DNA of 63,785 nt, filler included, from Octopus bimaculoides (GCF_001194135.2; 5 parts of 5 records of this genome joined end to end with filler, not necessarily neighbours in it), one strand, 5' to 3'; shown: positions 35,915 through 48,192, counted from the first letter of the whole stretch. Program-made: numbers and translations. The notes: generated by a model from the sequence alone, not told the origin.

Positions 35915-37742
35915 GTATATATATATATATATATATANNNNNNNNNNNNNNNNNNNNNNNNNNNNNNNNNNNNNNNNNNNNNNNNNNNNNNNNNNNNNNN
36001 NNNNNNNNNNNNNNNNNNNNNNNNNNNNNNNNNNNNNNNNNNNNNNNNNNNNNNNNNNNNNNNNNNNNNNNNNNNNNNNNNNNNNNNNNNNNNNNNNNNN
36101 NNNNNNNNNNNNNNNNNNNNNNNNNNNNNNNNNNNNNNNNNNNNNNNNNNNNNNNNNNNNNNNNNNNNNNNNNNNNNNNNNNNNNNNNNNNNNNNNNNNN
36201 NNNNNNNNNNNNNNNNNNNNNNNNNNNNNNNNNNNNNNNNNNNNNNNNNNNNNNNNNNNNNNNNNNNNNNNNNNNNNNNNNNNNNNNNNNNNNNNNNNNN
36301 NNNNNNNNNNNNNNNNNNNNNNNNNNNNNNNNNNNNNNNNNNNNNNNNNNNNNNNNNNNNNNNNNNNNNNNNNNNNNNNNNNNNNNNNNNNNNNNNNNNN
36401 NNNNNNNNNNNNNNNNNNNNNNNNNNNNNNNNNNNNNNNNNNNNNNNNNNNNNNNNNNNNNNNNNNNNNNNNNNNNNNNNNNNNNNNNNNNNNNNNNNNN
36501 NNNTATAGAGAGAGAGAGAGAGAGATAGAGATGCATACTGTATGTAAGTATGTATCTACATACATGCATACATACATACATACATGTTTATATATATATA
36601 TACAGACACACACATGCATACACACACACACACACATGCACATACATATGATTTTTTGTTTTTAGAAATTTTTTTATGTTTTGAAATATATAGACACCCA
36701 TGAATTTTATAATTTGAAAGCTGCCAGTTTTAAGCATTTTTTAATATTTAAAAAAATCTTCTGCATATAAGTCAAAATAAAGTGAAAATTTTTTTAAAGC
36801 TATGATGATCAACGACTTTCTTTACTACTTTCATATATTTTATCTTGGTCATTAGTTAAAGCAATGATTATATGCCAGAGAGGAATATCATCATACAATA
36901 TTAAAGTTGACAAGTTTTTCAAGAAACAGGACACTACTAAACTAGTATTTCTTTCTTTTTTTTTTTATTTTCACACAATATTTTCAATAAAAATCGTTGT
37001 TTATTAGTTTGGCTAAAAGTCAGAAACAGCTTTGCTATTTAAACTTTACATGATATCCGTAAAATCATAAAGTACTTTATGAAATTACTTTGGATATCAA
37101 TTTTGAAAGAAAAAAAGAATGACATACTAAATCTTGTTATTAAAAACAGTAAAAGATAAGAATTCCAAAAAAAAAAAAAAAGAAATGTTACTTTAACATA
37201 CTTCAAAATTTAGAAATATTTTGTAAATTATAAAAAGTGTAAAGCTACCACCACTGCCATTGCTATCATCACCATCATTATCATTCAATGTCTACTTTTT
37301 TATAACTTGCATGGGTCAGACAGAATCTGTTGAAGGAGATACTTTATGATATGATGCCCATCCTGTTGCCAACCTCTTCCTGTTTCCAAGCAAAGTAATA
37401 TTCCCCCACTGGCCAGACATGCTTTTCATGGAAGACTGGAAATGAACAACATTGCTTGTATGACAGTGATGCTCATTTACAACCATAATGTCAAGACAAG
37501 GGTAAAAACAAACACATGCACACATGTATGTATGTATGTATGAGAGTGTGCATGTATGCACATATTATACTATTATACTATTATACACACACACACACAT
37601 ATATACATCGCGAAATCGGTCGATACATAGTTGAGTTATTTAAAAGAAAGTTGGTTTCTTCTGTTGGTTTCTTTCCTCACATTCGGTACTAAAATGTGTT
37701 CATTTGGGAAGTCTAGTGTGTAGCATTATTCTGTAGTAATGC

Positions 37743-37780
<38 letters not shown>

Positions 37781-37782
<2 letters not shown>

Positions 37783-38048
37783 TCAGGGCAAGCCAGTATG
37801 TATACGGGCCCACCTGCATGCTAGAAGACGCCAAATGTCTCTAAACTGCCCTAAGATGTGGGGTTTCCCCCTTAATCCTGAAATCAATTGACAGGTAATT
37901 GAAACGTTTCATAAATCTGTTTCATTTATTTACCTGAGGGTGATGCATGTTTATAGTTTAATGGTTATATCTTAAGGTAGTTTAGAGACATTTTGTGTTT
38001 TCTTCTAGGGTGCAGGTGGGCCTGTATACATACTAGCTTGCCTTGAAT
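37781..38048. mobile_element. MITE with ~80-bp TIRs inserted in (TA)n, PPIL6 intron 5
   Basis: attcagggcaagccagtatgtatacgggcccacctgca..aaatgtctctaaactgccctaagat pairs with atcttaaggtagtttagagacattt..tgcaggtgggcctgtatacatactagcttgccttgaat. Confidence 0.75.
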
Positions 38049-38744
38049 ATATATTTATAAATTCATTAATTTAACCTTAACTGGTTGATTGCATGCTAAC
38101 TACCTGATGAAATCAAATATATGATTGATTCTAGGAGTCGATTACATAGCTGAAAAAATCCAAATAGTTAACCAGTGGATTAGTTACACTATCGGACAGT
38201 GATCCACTTGTGTAAAATTCTATCAGTACTATTTTGTGGCATTCTTATACAAACCAAACTTCACACCTAGATCTCAGTCTATGCAGTCAAAATTATAGAT
38301 ATTACTCCAACTTCACAGTGAAGCAGTTAGCACTTGGAACAGATCCCACTATAATATGTGCAGCTGTATAAATTCAAAGAGATAATCAATAAAAAAAAAA
38401 GAGATATACAAAACAAAAGTGCCTGATTAACAGGCCAATAGTTATTGCTGTTGTTACTGCTGCTGCTGTTGTTGTTGTCATTGTTGTTTCAACTCATTTC
38501 AAGTCATTTATATTATTTATAAGAGAGCAGACCTTTAACGACCATATTTCTGTTGCATATTACATATTTAGGTCTACAGTGTACAGCTCGTTCCTCCTTT
38601 TTTAGGATGGTTGGGTGTAATTTGAGGGAGGTTTTCTTCCATTTCTAGCAGGTTGGATCACCTACAGGCTCCCACATTCACTCAGCTAATTAACAACAGA
38701 ATTCAACTAAAGAGAATACTATGAAGGAGTAATTATGATAATTG

Positions 38745-39440
38745 ATAAGGCAATGAGCTGGCAGAATCATTAGCAGGTTGAACAAAATGCTTAGTGGCTT
38801 TTCATCTGGCTCTTTACATCTGCTAAGATTAAATTTGGTTTTCATCCTTTCAGGGTCAACAAAACAGGGTACTGGTCAAGTACTTGAGTTCATATAATTG
38901 ATTATCTCCCTTCCCCTAACACTGCTGGCCTTGTACCAAATATGAAACTATTTAAGGTAGCAAGTTGATAGAATTGTTAGCATTTTGGGAAAAATACTTA
39001 GTGGCATTTCTTCCAACTCATTACATTGTGAGTTCAAATGCTGCTGAGATCAACTTTGCCTTTCATCTTTTCCGGGTTGTGAAAATAAGCCCCAGATGAG
39101 CACTAGGGAGCAATGTAATTGACTTGCCCCTCCTCTCAAAATTGTTGGCCTTATGTCCAAATTTGAAACTATGATTATTGATAAAGAATGTGGAAGAAAA
39201 GAAAGAGCATTTAATATTTCAGATGAAGAAGGCAGCAAGTTGGGAGAATTGTTAGCAGCTCAGGCAAAATGCTTCACCACATTTTACCAGTCTTTACATT
39301 CTGAGTTCAATTACCGTCAAGATCAACTTTGCCTTTCATCCTTTGGGGGTTGGTAAAATTAGTGCCAGTTGAGCACTGGTGTCGATGTAATCAACTTACC
39401 CCTACCTCAAAATTGCTGGCCTTGAACTGAAATTTGAAAT
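38745..39440 (+). mobile_element. Three head-to-tail SINE family A copies (PPIL6 intron 5)
   Basis: Repeated aaggc.g.gag.tggcagaat..ttcatcctt..ggggt..taaa...taccagt units. Confidence 0.8.
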
Positions 39441-39844
39441 CAGTATTTCAGATGAAGAGCTAGTGAAACTAATCATGCACTAAGTCATTGGGACAAATGC
39501 ACCACAGTATCAAGCTTCATATCTCTGTGTTCTGAGTACGTTCCCCACAGAGACTGAATTTTTATTTCTTTAGGACCATTGAGTACCAGTAATATACTAC
39601 AAGTGGCTGATTGACAGTGAGTAAAATATCATCATCATCATTGTTTAATGTCCACTTTTTCATGCTCACATGGATTGGAAGAAATTTGTTGAGGCAGATT
39701 TTCTACAGCTGGATGCCCCTCCGATCACTAAAACATTGGATAGGAAGCCTTATAGTATTTGTTCTGATGGCCTGCACATTGAGTTCAGTTCCAACAAGGA
39801 TTAACTTTGCCTTTACATCTTTCTTGATAAATGAAAGTATAAGC

Positions 39845-40215
39845 ACGGGTATGGATGTGTGGTTAAAAGCTCACTTTGCAACTATGTGATTTTGGGTTCA
39901 GTTCCACTGTGCATTACCTTTGGCAAGTGTCTTTTACTATAGTTTTGGGTCATTGAATGCCTTGTGAGTAAATTTGGTGGAATGAAAACTGCATAGAAAC
40001 TTGTCATATAAATTTATGTTGTGTCTTTGTGTTTGTGTTTGCCCCTTCCATTGCTTGACAATTGGTCTTTATTTGTTTATGTCTCTACAACTTAGTGGTT
40101 CAGCAAAAGAAACTGATTGAACAAATACCAGACTTTAAAAAAATGAGTACTGGGGTTAGTTTGTTTAACTAAGCCCTTCAAAGCAGTGCCCCAACATGAC
40201 CACAATCCAATGACT
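39845..40215 (+). mobile_element. SINE family B copy (PPIL6 intron 5)
   Basis: Degenerate match to the 18850-19230 copy. Confidence 0.75.
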
Positions 40216-40475
40216 CCCTGTCTCTCTGAATTGGCTATGTTGCACTGTCAGAATGGTTCTGTGGGAGCCACTCACAACATCCCTTTCTTCAGAAATGGTG
40301 AAGTGTTGAGTGAAATGCTAGCTACATTTTCTCATAGGAAAAAAACTGATAAGCTATAGGAACCATCCAAGACAAGATCGATATAAAGCACAGCATGGCA
40401 TGGGAATAAAAGAAAAAAGGAAGTAAAAATATATTGAGTTCAAATGATGCCAATAAAAAGAGAAACCAATATTAC

Positions 40476-40626
40476 CTCCTCCTTGAATCCATCCATTTGG
40501 TACAATTCTGTGGAAAAAGGAGTTTTCATAAGTGAGTTTTCTCTGTGGGTCACGTGCCATGGGAGTATTTCCAACGCATAATGTTTTGAAATTTTCGCAT
40601 GTTTTTGGAAGAATGTCATTGAACAA
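40476..40626 (-). CDS. PPIL6: PPIL6 exon 5: LFNDILPKTCENFKTLCVGNTPMARDPQRKLTYENSFFHRIVPNGWIQGG
   Basis: ttttctggtag| acceptor, G|gtaata donor, 151 nt. Cyclophilin motifs PKTCENF and FHRIV..GWIQGG. Confidence 0.96.
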
Positions 40627-40908
40627 CTACCAGAAAAATCAAGTAAAAAAAAAATGTAAAAAGTAAAAAAATAAAGCATGTCATTAATTGAAATGATTTT
40701 AAAATATTGTATTTTCCTGCATGCATACAAGTTGAATTTTTCAGAACAAAATTTTGAGTTAAAAGAAGGTAACTGGAATAATACACCAAAAAAACTTTGG
40801 AGGACCAAAAGTTCCATGTGGAATGCAGCAGGATTTGGAAAGATAACGACGATGCTTGAATGTTTGCCCTGCATGGTTACAATATGTACAACATAGGCGA
40901 TTTACGAC

Positions 40909-41228
40909 TTATTTCCCTTCATCAGCACAGAATAACTGTTCGGCTAGAGGTGGCACTGCCAAATTCCTGTTCAAAATACAACTAGTCACTGATCTATAAA
41001 TTAGAAAATTACTATTTTTAAATCTCACAGGACTGTTATGTTGGCAAACAATCTTCACTACAAAGTACTGTTGTTTAATATCTTAATAACGTGAGATTTA
41101 AAAATAGTAATTTTCTAATTTATAAATCAGTGACTAAGTTGTCACTTTGAAAACTATATATTTCGAATGGGAATTTGGCAGCGCCACCTCTAGCTGAACA
41201 ATTATTCTGTGCTGATGAAGGGAAATAA
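40909..41228. repeat. Long fold-back (arms 40909-41028 and 41091-41228, 62-nt loop) in PPIL6 intron 4
   Basis: Arms are near-perfect reverse complements apart from one internal asymmetric bulge. Confidence 0.8.
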
Positions 41229-41669
41229 CCCAGAAATTGCAATACACAGATATTGTTTTGAGCTGATTGGGGATACTAGATTCCCCTGTTCGAAAATATT
41301 ACGACACAGATCGTGTCGTATAGCCAGCTGGAGACGATGTCTGCTGGGGCTAAATTACAGCAACATTTGTCCTAAACCAAGACTGCCATGTTATGTTGGC
41401 AAATAATCTTTACTACAACAAGATGGAAGATGAAATCATGGTTAGTGGGCATATATGCCATATTTCAAGAGTTTTTGCTCCTTCATCAGCACCTGTTAGT
41501 TGGTGTTGCTGAGGAGTTGTAGCCCTAGGTCATCACCAACCTATGTTCAAAGACTTTCAAGTTATGTCTTCCCCATCTTTTTGTATATCCAAGAGTATGT
41601 TATACAATGTCTTTCATGTTTTCTTATATTTGCTGTCAATAAGTAATGTAGTAAAGCTGTCCTTACCTA

Positions 41670-42335
41670 AGAATCATCTGGGATATACCTATTCAAATCA
41701 ACAAAGAAATAAAAGCTAATCTCCCAGACATAATAATCAAGGATTGGAAAAAAAAAACAACTGCTTACTGATAGACATTACAGTCTATTCTGACCAAAAT
41801 ATTGTCCAAAAAGAAGTGGAGAAATTGTCAAAGTACAAAGACCTTGAAATTGAAGTATTCGAGATGTGGGGCATGAAAGTCAAAACAATACCAGTAATAA
41901 TTTGGAGCATTAGACATGATTAAAAAAACATGTGAATAAAAACGTAGAAGTTATACTTGGATCCTCAACACTAAACACTATTCAAAAAATAGCCTTGCTA
42001 GGAACAGTCCACATCCTATGCCAGACATTATCAATTCAATAATACAACTAAACAAAACAAGCCACAAACACAAGACACACTCTATACAGCAAATATCCAA
42101 TGAAATAAACGACCACCAGCAAACTAGATAGCCAATGCATTACATACACAATAGAAACACTAATACAACAAAAGACTGCAGTACACCTCAAAAAGAAAAA
42201 AGAAATTGCACACTCTCAACAACGAAAAAGGACATACAATGCTTCACACACCCCAGAAACATGGGTATGTAGCAGAAATTTGCCTGAAACTACCAAATGT
42301 TGAACAATGATAATAATTATAATAATAATGTTTTC
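41670..42335 (+). mobile_element. 5'-truncated R4/Dong-like non-LTR retrotransposon (RLE domain + 3' UTR ending in TAA repeats)
   Basis: IIWDIPIQINKEIKANLPDIIIKD..CLLIDITV..D.NI..KEVEKLSKYKDLEIEV..MW..K.KTIPVII.GAL..I.K...IQKIALLGTVHIL across frameshifts. The 3' flank ends in ataataattataataataat. Confidence 0.7.
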
Positions 42336-42476
42336 TTTATTGGCCACGAAGGCTGAACACTAATGATACAATGGATAGTGTAAGTGGTAAAAGTATGTGG
42401 AAAGAGTGAGAGATGTATTCTGATAGGTGGTATTTTAGAATTCAAATATTTCCCCCTTGAACTTAATGTCACTTAC

Positions 42477-42539
42477 CTCAATTAGGAAAAATCCAGATTC
42501 TATGTCATCGATACTGATGTACATGTAGATAAAATCATG
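42477..42539 (-). CDS. PPIL6: PPIL6 exon 4: HDFIYMYISIDDIESGFFLIE
   Basis: ttttgtactag| acceptor, |gtaagt donor, 63 nt. First cyclophilin beta-strands; resembles human HDFVFLDICIDSSPIGRLIFE. Confidence 0.92.
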
Positions 42540-42809
42540 CTAGTACAAAATACAGGAAACAAAAATTTTTTTTAAAAACCCAGATAATTAAAAACAAAAT
42601 TCAATAAAACAATAGGATATAGTACACAATATCATCCAGAGACATGAAACATAACATAAGCAACCTTTTTAGAGATTTTTAGTTAGTAAAAAGCTTTTAT
42701 AGTTTTCTGCAAATAGTTTTAATATTGTATTTTTGTTGAATTGTATTGCCATCTATAAAAAATTTGGTTATTAAAATTCAACCTTTTACTGCTTACTATA
42801 AATAATAGC

Positions 42810-43250
42810 CTTTTATATCTAATAGTACTGAAATATTTCATTACTCATCAAAAATGTTTAGTAGTGTCGAAATATTTCATCACTCATCCACAATCTCTTA
42901 TTTTTAATAGCATCAAAATATTTCATCATTCATCTATAACCTTTTATTTTTAATAGCATCAAAATATTTCATTACCCATCTATTTTTATTTTTAACANNN
43001 NNNNNNNAAATATTTCATCATTCATCTATAACCTTTTATTTTTAATAGCATCAAAATATTTCATTACCCATCTATTTTTATTTTTAACAGGATTAAAATA
43101 TTTCATTATTCATCTATAACTTTTATACTTAATAGTACCACAAAATTTCATCATTTATCTATTGCCTTTTAATACTTAACATTTTTTTAAATTTAACAAT
43201 TTTTATATTTAACAGTATCAAAATAATTTCATCACTCACCTACAGTGATG
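42810..43250. repeat. Degenerate ~40-bp AT-rich minisatellite (AAAATATTTCATCATTCATCTATAACCTTTTATTTTTAATAGCATC-like), PPIL6 intron 3
   Basis: About 9 diverged units. A small N gap within may have duplicated two units. Confidence 0.8.
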
Positions 43251-43769
43251 TTTTATGCAATTATCTCCATATTGATTTTTTTTTTTAAATGGTAGCTAAA
43301 AATGTAACAATTCAGCTACTAGTGTTATTTACATTGACACTTTTCAATATTATTTTGTAGAAGTGGAATCAGATCAACAAACTGAAGCTTTTCTGAAACA
43401 TTCTGAATTTTTCTACTTTGTTTACATATTTGGTTCTTAATATACTTAAATAGGAATTGAGTATTGAGACTGATTTTTTTAATGTCTTAGGAGGGTCATT
43501 AAGCCAATAAGAAACACATACACAGTTTCTATTTCACTTCTTTTATAATTAATATTTAACTAGTTAACAATTTAACCCATTAACTAATCAATTGCTTGAA
43601 TATTTGTTCAGTTAATCAATCAGTCACTAAGATTCATCAGAATTATTTCTTTGTCTCTTGCTACCTCATTACTCCAGATCTGTTTGTCTCCTAATTTTTA
43701 GATTATATATTTATATTTATAGAGAAGTGAAAATTAAATGTTACAGAGTTGTATAAATTTAGAATCTAG

Positions 43770-44049
43770 AAAATTGGCATGGGCATCATCATGCAGTTAA
43801 GAAGCTTGCTTTGCAACCATGCAATTTTGAGTTCAGTCTCACTACATGGTACCTTGGCCGAGTGTTTTCTATTATAGCTCTGGACCAAGCAGAGCAGTGA
43901 ATGAATTTGATAGATAGAAACTGTGAGGAAGCCTATTGTGTGTGTATGTATATATATATATATATATATACATACATATATATGTGTGTATATACATACA
44001 TACATATATATGTGTGTATATACATACATACACATACATACATACATAC

Positions 44050-44086
<37 letters not shown>

Positions 44087-44320
44087 GGAGGGTACCTTTG
44101 TGTTTTGTTGTGATTGTCCCCCACCATCACTTGACAACCATAGTTGCTTTATTTATGTTTCCGTAACTTAGTGGTTCAGTTAAAGGTAATGATAGAATAA
44201 ATAGCAGGCTTAAAAACAAGTACTGGGGTTGGTTGATTTGTTCAGCTAAAACCCTTCAAGGCAGTGCCCCAGCATGGCCATAGTCTAATGACTGAAACAA
44301 GAAAGAGATAAAAAATAAAG
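43770..44320 (+). mobile_element. SINE family B copy with expanded internal microsatellite (PPIL6 intron 3)
   Basis: Match to the 18850-19230 copy with a central (TA)/(CATA) tract. Confidence 0.78.
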
Positions 44321-44478
44321 GATAAAAATTGTTAAAACTATAATAAATTTAAAATCAACATATGAAATATGCTTTTCATTTTAGTACAGTGTCCACTAAA
44401 AATCTAACAGGAAATGTAAGCCACTGCTGCCACTATGAAAAAGAAAAAAACACCTTTATTACTTTATTGAAAACTTAC

Positions 44479-44667
44479 ATTTCTCTTGATCAATTCATTT
44501 CTGTAATCCTCTTCGACTAATGCAGCAAACAATGTATATGGTAAGTTGTTGTCATAAAATTTATTATAATCAGCCCAGTACAAAAGATCATCATAACTAC
44601 CAAGCATTTTATTGTTAATAAACACCAATTCATTTTTGTCATATATCCACATTTCTCCTTGGAGCAA
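44479..44667 (-). CDS. PPIL6: PPIL6 exon 3: LLQGEMWIYDKNELVFINNKMLGSYDDLLYWADYNKFYDNNLPYTLFAALVEEDYRNELIKRN
   Basis: tatttttcag| acceptor, |gtaagt donor, 189 nt, open frame, PPIL6-like (W..Y....VF.N...LG...DL..WA). Confidence 0.92.
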
Positions 44668-44934
44668 CTGAAAAATAGATTAAACAAACCACAGAACAGT
44701 TAATCTTTTGAATTTAACAAAACAGGATTATTACAAAAATTATTTTGCTATCAAACAGGCATTCATCTCAAGAGAGAAGAGTTAAAGCAATTTTATTTTT
44801 AAACAGATGAGAGAGTCGCTGTGTAATCAACTCACTGGCAACCGTTTGTAGTTATTTCTGGAGGCTAAATGTAATGTTCACACTACATTTTGGTGTCTTC
44901 AAGTACCTGAAACTCAGCCTAGTATAAAGTATAT

Positions 44935-45150
44935 TGGTTTCAAATTTTGGCACAGGGCCAGCCAGTTTGAGGGAGGGGATAAGTTGATTACATTGACCCC
45001 AGTGCTCATCTGGTACTTATTTTATCAACCCTGAAAGGATGAAAAGCACAGTTGACCTTGGCAGAATTTGAACTCAGAATGTAAAGACAGATGAAATGCC
45101 ACTAAGCATTTTGCCCAACGTGCTGATGATTCTGTCAGCTCCCTGCTTTA
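44935..45150 (-). mobile_element. SINE family A copy (PPIL6 intron 2)
   Basis: Reverse complement of the family A core. Confidence 0.82.
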
Positions 45151-45317
45151 GCCCAGTACAAAATATATTGAATTTCTCAAATCAAAAAAATATATATGAT
45201 GTTGACAACAAAATGACGATGANNNNNNNNNNATGATAATGATGATGAACATCATCATCATAACAATGCAATGATGATGATGCAGCAATGATGAGTATGA
45301 CAGTGATAATGGTGGAA

Positions 45318-45547
45318 GTGCTGTCTTAAGGCTTGAGGATGCTGGGCAGTTACCCAGGGGCCTTATGGACACAGAGGCCCAATTCTAATCTATGTGTGCT
45401 GGGGATTGTGTCAATAAATAAATATTATCGGGCCCAATACAGTGATTTACCCAATACTAATCTACATATGCTGTCAATAGATAAATATTATATGACCCAG
45501 TGCATTGATTTGCCCAGAGGCCTACAATGCTACCAAGATGGCTCTGG
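45318..45547. mobile_element. Degenerate hAT-like MITE in PPIL6 intron 2
   Basis: Ends resemble CAGGGCCGTCTTAA / TTAAGACGGCCCTG (gtgctgtcttaag ... ccaagatggctctg). Internal duplicated ~45-bp segment. Confidence 0.35.
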
Positions 45548-46164
45548 ATAGTGGTGGTTATGAAGCGGTGATGATGATGATGTAGTGATGGTGGTGGTGG
45601 TGGTGGTGGTGATGGTGGTGGTGGTGGTGATGATGATGATGATGANNNNNNNNNNNNNNNNNNNNNNNNNNNNNNNNNNNNNNNNNNNNNNNNNNNNNNN
45701 NNNNNNNNNNNNNNNNNNNNNNNNNNNNNNNNNNNNNNNNNNNNNNNNNNNNNNNNNNNNNNNNNNNNNNNNNNNNNNNNNNNNNNNNNNNNNNNNNNNN
45801 NNNNNNNNNNNNNNNNNNNNNNNNNNNNNNNNNNNNNNNNNNNNNNNNNNNNNNNNNNNNNNNNNNNNNNNNNNNNNNNNNNNNNNNNNNNNNNNNNNNN
45901 NNNNNNNNNNNNNNNNNNNNNNNNNNNNNNNNNNNNNNNNNNNNNNNNNNNNNNNNNNNNNNNNNNNNNNNNNNNNNNNNNNNNNNNNNNNNNNGTGATG
46001 GTGGTGGTGGTGGTGGTGGTTAATAAGTTAGTAACTCCAAAAAGTTAACATTTGTAACAGCAAGGGGATAAATTCTTACAATGTATGATTGTTAACTATG
46101 CTAACTAAAATGCAGAAATTACTGTTTTTCCAAGCATTAAAAAAAAGCAAAAAAGTTTACTTAC

Positions 46165-46260
46165 TTTTTTCTGCTTTTCAATAAACTCTTCCCACTCAAA
46201 TTCAAACATGGGAAGAATATCGGGTTTTTGAAACATTGTAGGAAAATCAATTTCCATTTT
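46165..46260 (-). CDS. PPIL6: PPIL6 exon 2: KMEIDFPTMFQKPDILPMFEFEWEEFIEKQKK
   Basis: ctcttgacag| acceptor, |gtaagt donor, 96 nt, phase 0/0. Resembles human NLKNNHPSKFEDPILVPLQEFAWHQYLQEKKR. Confidence 0.9.
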
Positions 46261-48105
46261 CTGTCAAGAGAAATATTTCTTTGGAATAGCTTTTACAAAC
46301 AACTTCTGAAAGGTTTTTAGTAAAGACTTTACAAAAACTAAATTAAATAGAATAGAATTCCTTATATTCTCTCAGTATTATTTTCCAAGTTTGAAAGTCA
46401 GTAACAAGATTTGCCAAGGGAGAAAAGTCAGCATGTCTTCATACCAGAGATTGGCATGTGATGGTAAGTGACTTCATATTTACCCGTTAGTGCTCAATTT
46501 TTTTTATTTAATTTACTACCAAAAATCTTTTTTATACAAAGACACTCCAGTCTTGATGACTAACTAAAGATATCTCAGAAAAATACAAGTGTTGCAGAAA
46601 TATAGGCGTTAATGGGTTAATCAGTTGAATGGCTTTTCTCTTCCATAGTAACGTCTGTGTGAGCAGCAGTATCCCCATTCTAGAGGTGAGAGCAATGCTT
46701 CATAGTGTCTGTGTCACTCAGTTAAGCCTGAAGCTCAGATCTGCCACTTCTTTCTGTGATCAATAACAAATTTAGTTATATGTGTGTTGGTATACATACC
46801 TACCTACATACATACACACATACATTGGCATGTATGTATACATGTAATCTGTGTGTCCCTATATATAAACGCATATACACACAGACAAACACACACATGA
46901 ACATACACTCACACATACATATACAAACAAGACAAACACAAATGCACATGCATACATACATGCATGTTATGAATCAAGACGAACAGGTAGAACCATTACT
47001 ACTGTTATCATAATAGCGAAAATTTATCAAATATCACATTTTTTAGAAGGCAAATATAATATTTATGTCTACTGCACTTATTCATTTTCCCCACTACTTG
47101 ATTTCAATTGTTAGAGTTGGGATTAAGGTGAGGTATCTCAGAATTCAAAGTCCTAAATTACAGAGCTAGGCAAATGTCCGCAAAAGGTTGGAGTCCCCTG
47201 AGAGTCAGGACAGTGGCATGACTTGGGCTGGGTTGCTCTGTGGGATAACCACATTGGTCCTTCCTTAAAAGTAATATATCTTCGAATGCTGCAGCAACAC
47301 ATATATGAAGTGGCCACTCTGAGCAGTTCTGCACACCCCTCACACTACACACTATGCTACTGGCCGCAAATTAGTTTTGAGGCTAGGAGAGTTATGCATC
47401 ATTTGCCTGATGGATACCGCCAGAGCAGGGTCTATAAGCACTTTCATTATAATTTTTTTACAAACAAGCCAATTTAGGGTGCTGAACTATTAAATCACTG
47501 GATGACAAATAAATGAAAAATGTTCTACATTAATGAAATAGGAAAAAAAAAAAAAAAAGAAAGATTTCAATTAAAAATCAAAATCCAACCAGTGTTTCGC
47601 TTTATGAGATCTTCTGGTCTTTAATTGTTATTATGAAGAATAGTTTTACGAGAAGTTACAAATACCATAACACTAGGTATCAGGAAGTTCAGAGTCTTGA
47701 GTATAACAAGAAAGTATGCCACTAAAATTATTACCTGTTTTGAATGGAAATAGTTTACTGGCAGTGGTCCTGTCGTATGGATTTGAACTACTACTACTGC
47801 ACAGGAAGTCAAAAATTGTACCAAAAAATTAGGTAATTCAAACAATAGACAATTCAAAGTATGTGTTATTATAGGAAGCAAGAATATATTCTTGCCGACA
47901 GAGTTTTTCTATTCACTTTTCTAAACTGATGCGATGCTTACAAAATTTTGCATATTACTAAATGACTCGTTCCCCATTACAAAACGCTCCTATCATCAAA
48001 ACACTAAATATGAAAGAAGATTTTTAACGATATACCGTAATATTAGCAAAAGGATTCAAAATTGATTTTCAACAAATAAGATAAAAACATAAGCAGTTCA
48101 CAAAC

Positions 48106-48192
48106 CTGAGCACAATATTGAGCTCTTTTGAAATTCATAGAATCAATTAATCCATAAATGACGACTTTGTAATTCTTTGCAGCACTGGCCAT
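48106..48192 (-). CDS. PPIL6: PPIL6 exon 1: MASAAKNYKVVIYGLIDSMNFKRAQYCAQ
   Basis: AAAATGG start context with an in-frame TAA 12 nt upstream. Donor CAG|gtttgt. Resembles human LQVKVVGLFSCPNFQIAKSAAE. Confidence 0.85.

Larger units (their letters stand above)
28979..48192 (-). other. PPIL6: PPIL6 gene span (ATG to stop), 8 coding exons, 417 aa: N-terminal PPIL6-specific region + cyclophilin domain + acidic tail
   Basis: Eight exons assembled by hand (87+96+189+63+151+57+136+475=1254 nt). All introns GT-AG, phases 0,0,0,0,1,1,2 compatible. Translation is colinear with human PPIL6 as recalled. Confidence 0.93.

Noticed and set aside
42930-43090. Exact duplicated units around a 10-N gap
   Set aside because: Probably an unresolved contig overlap, so the copy number is unreliable.
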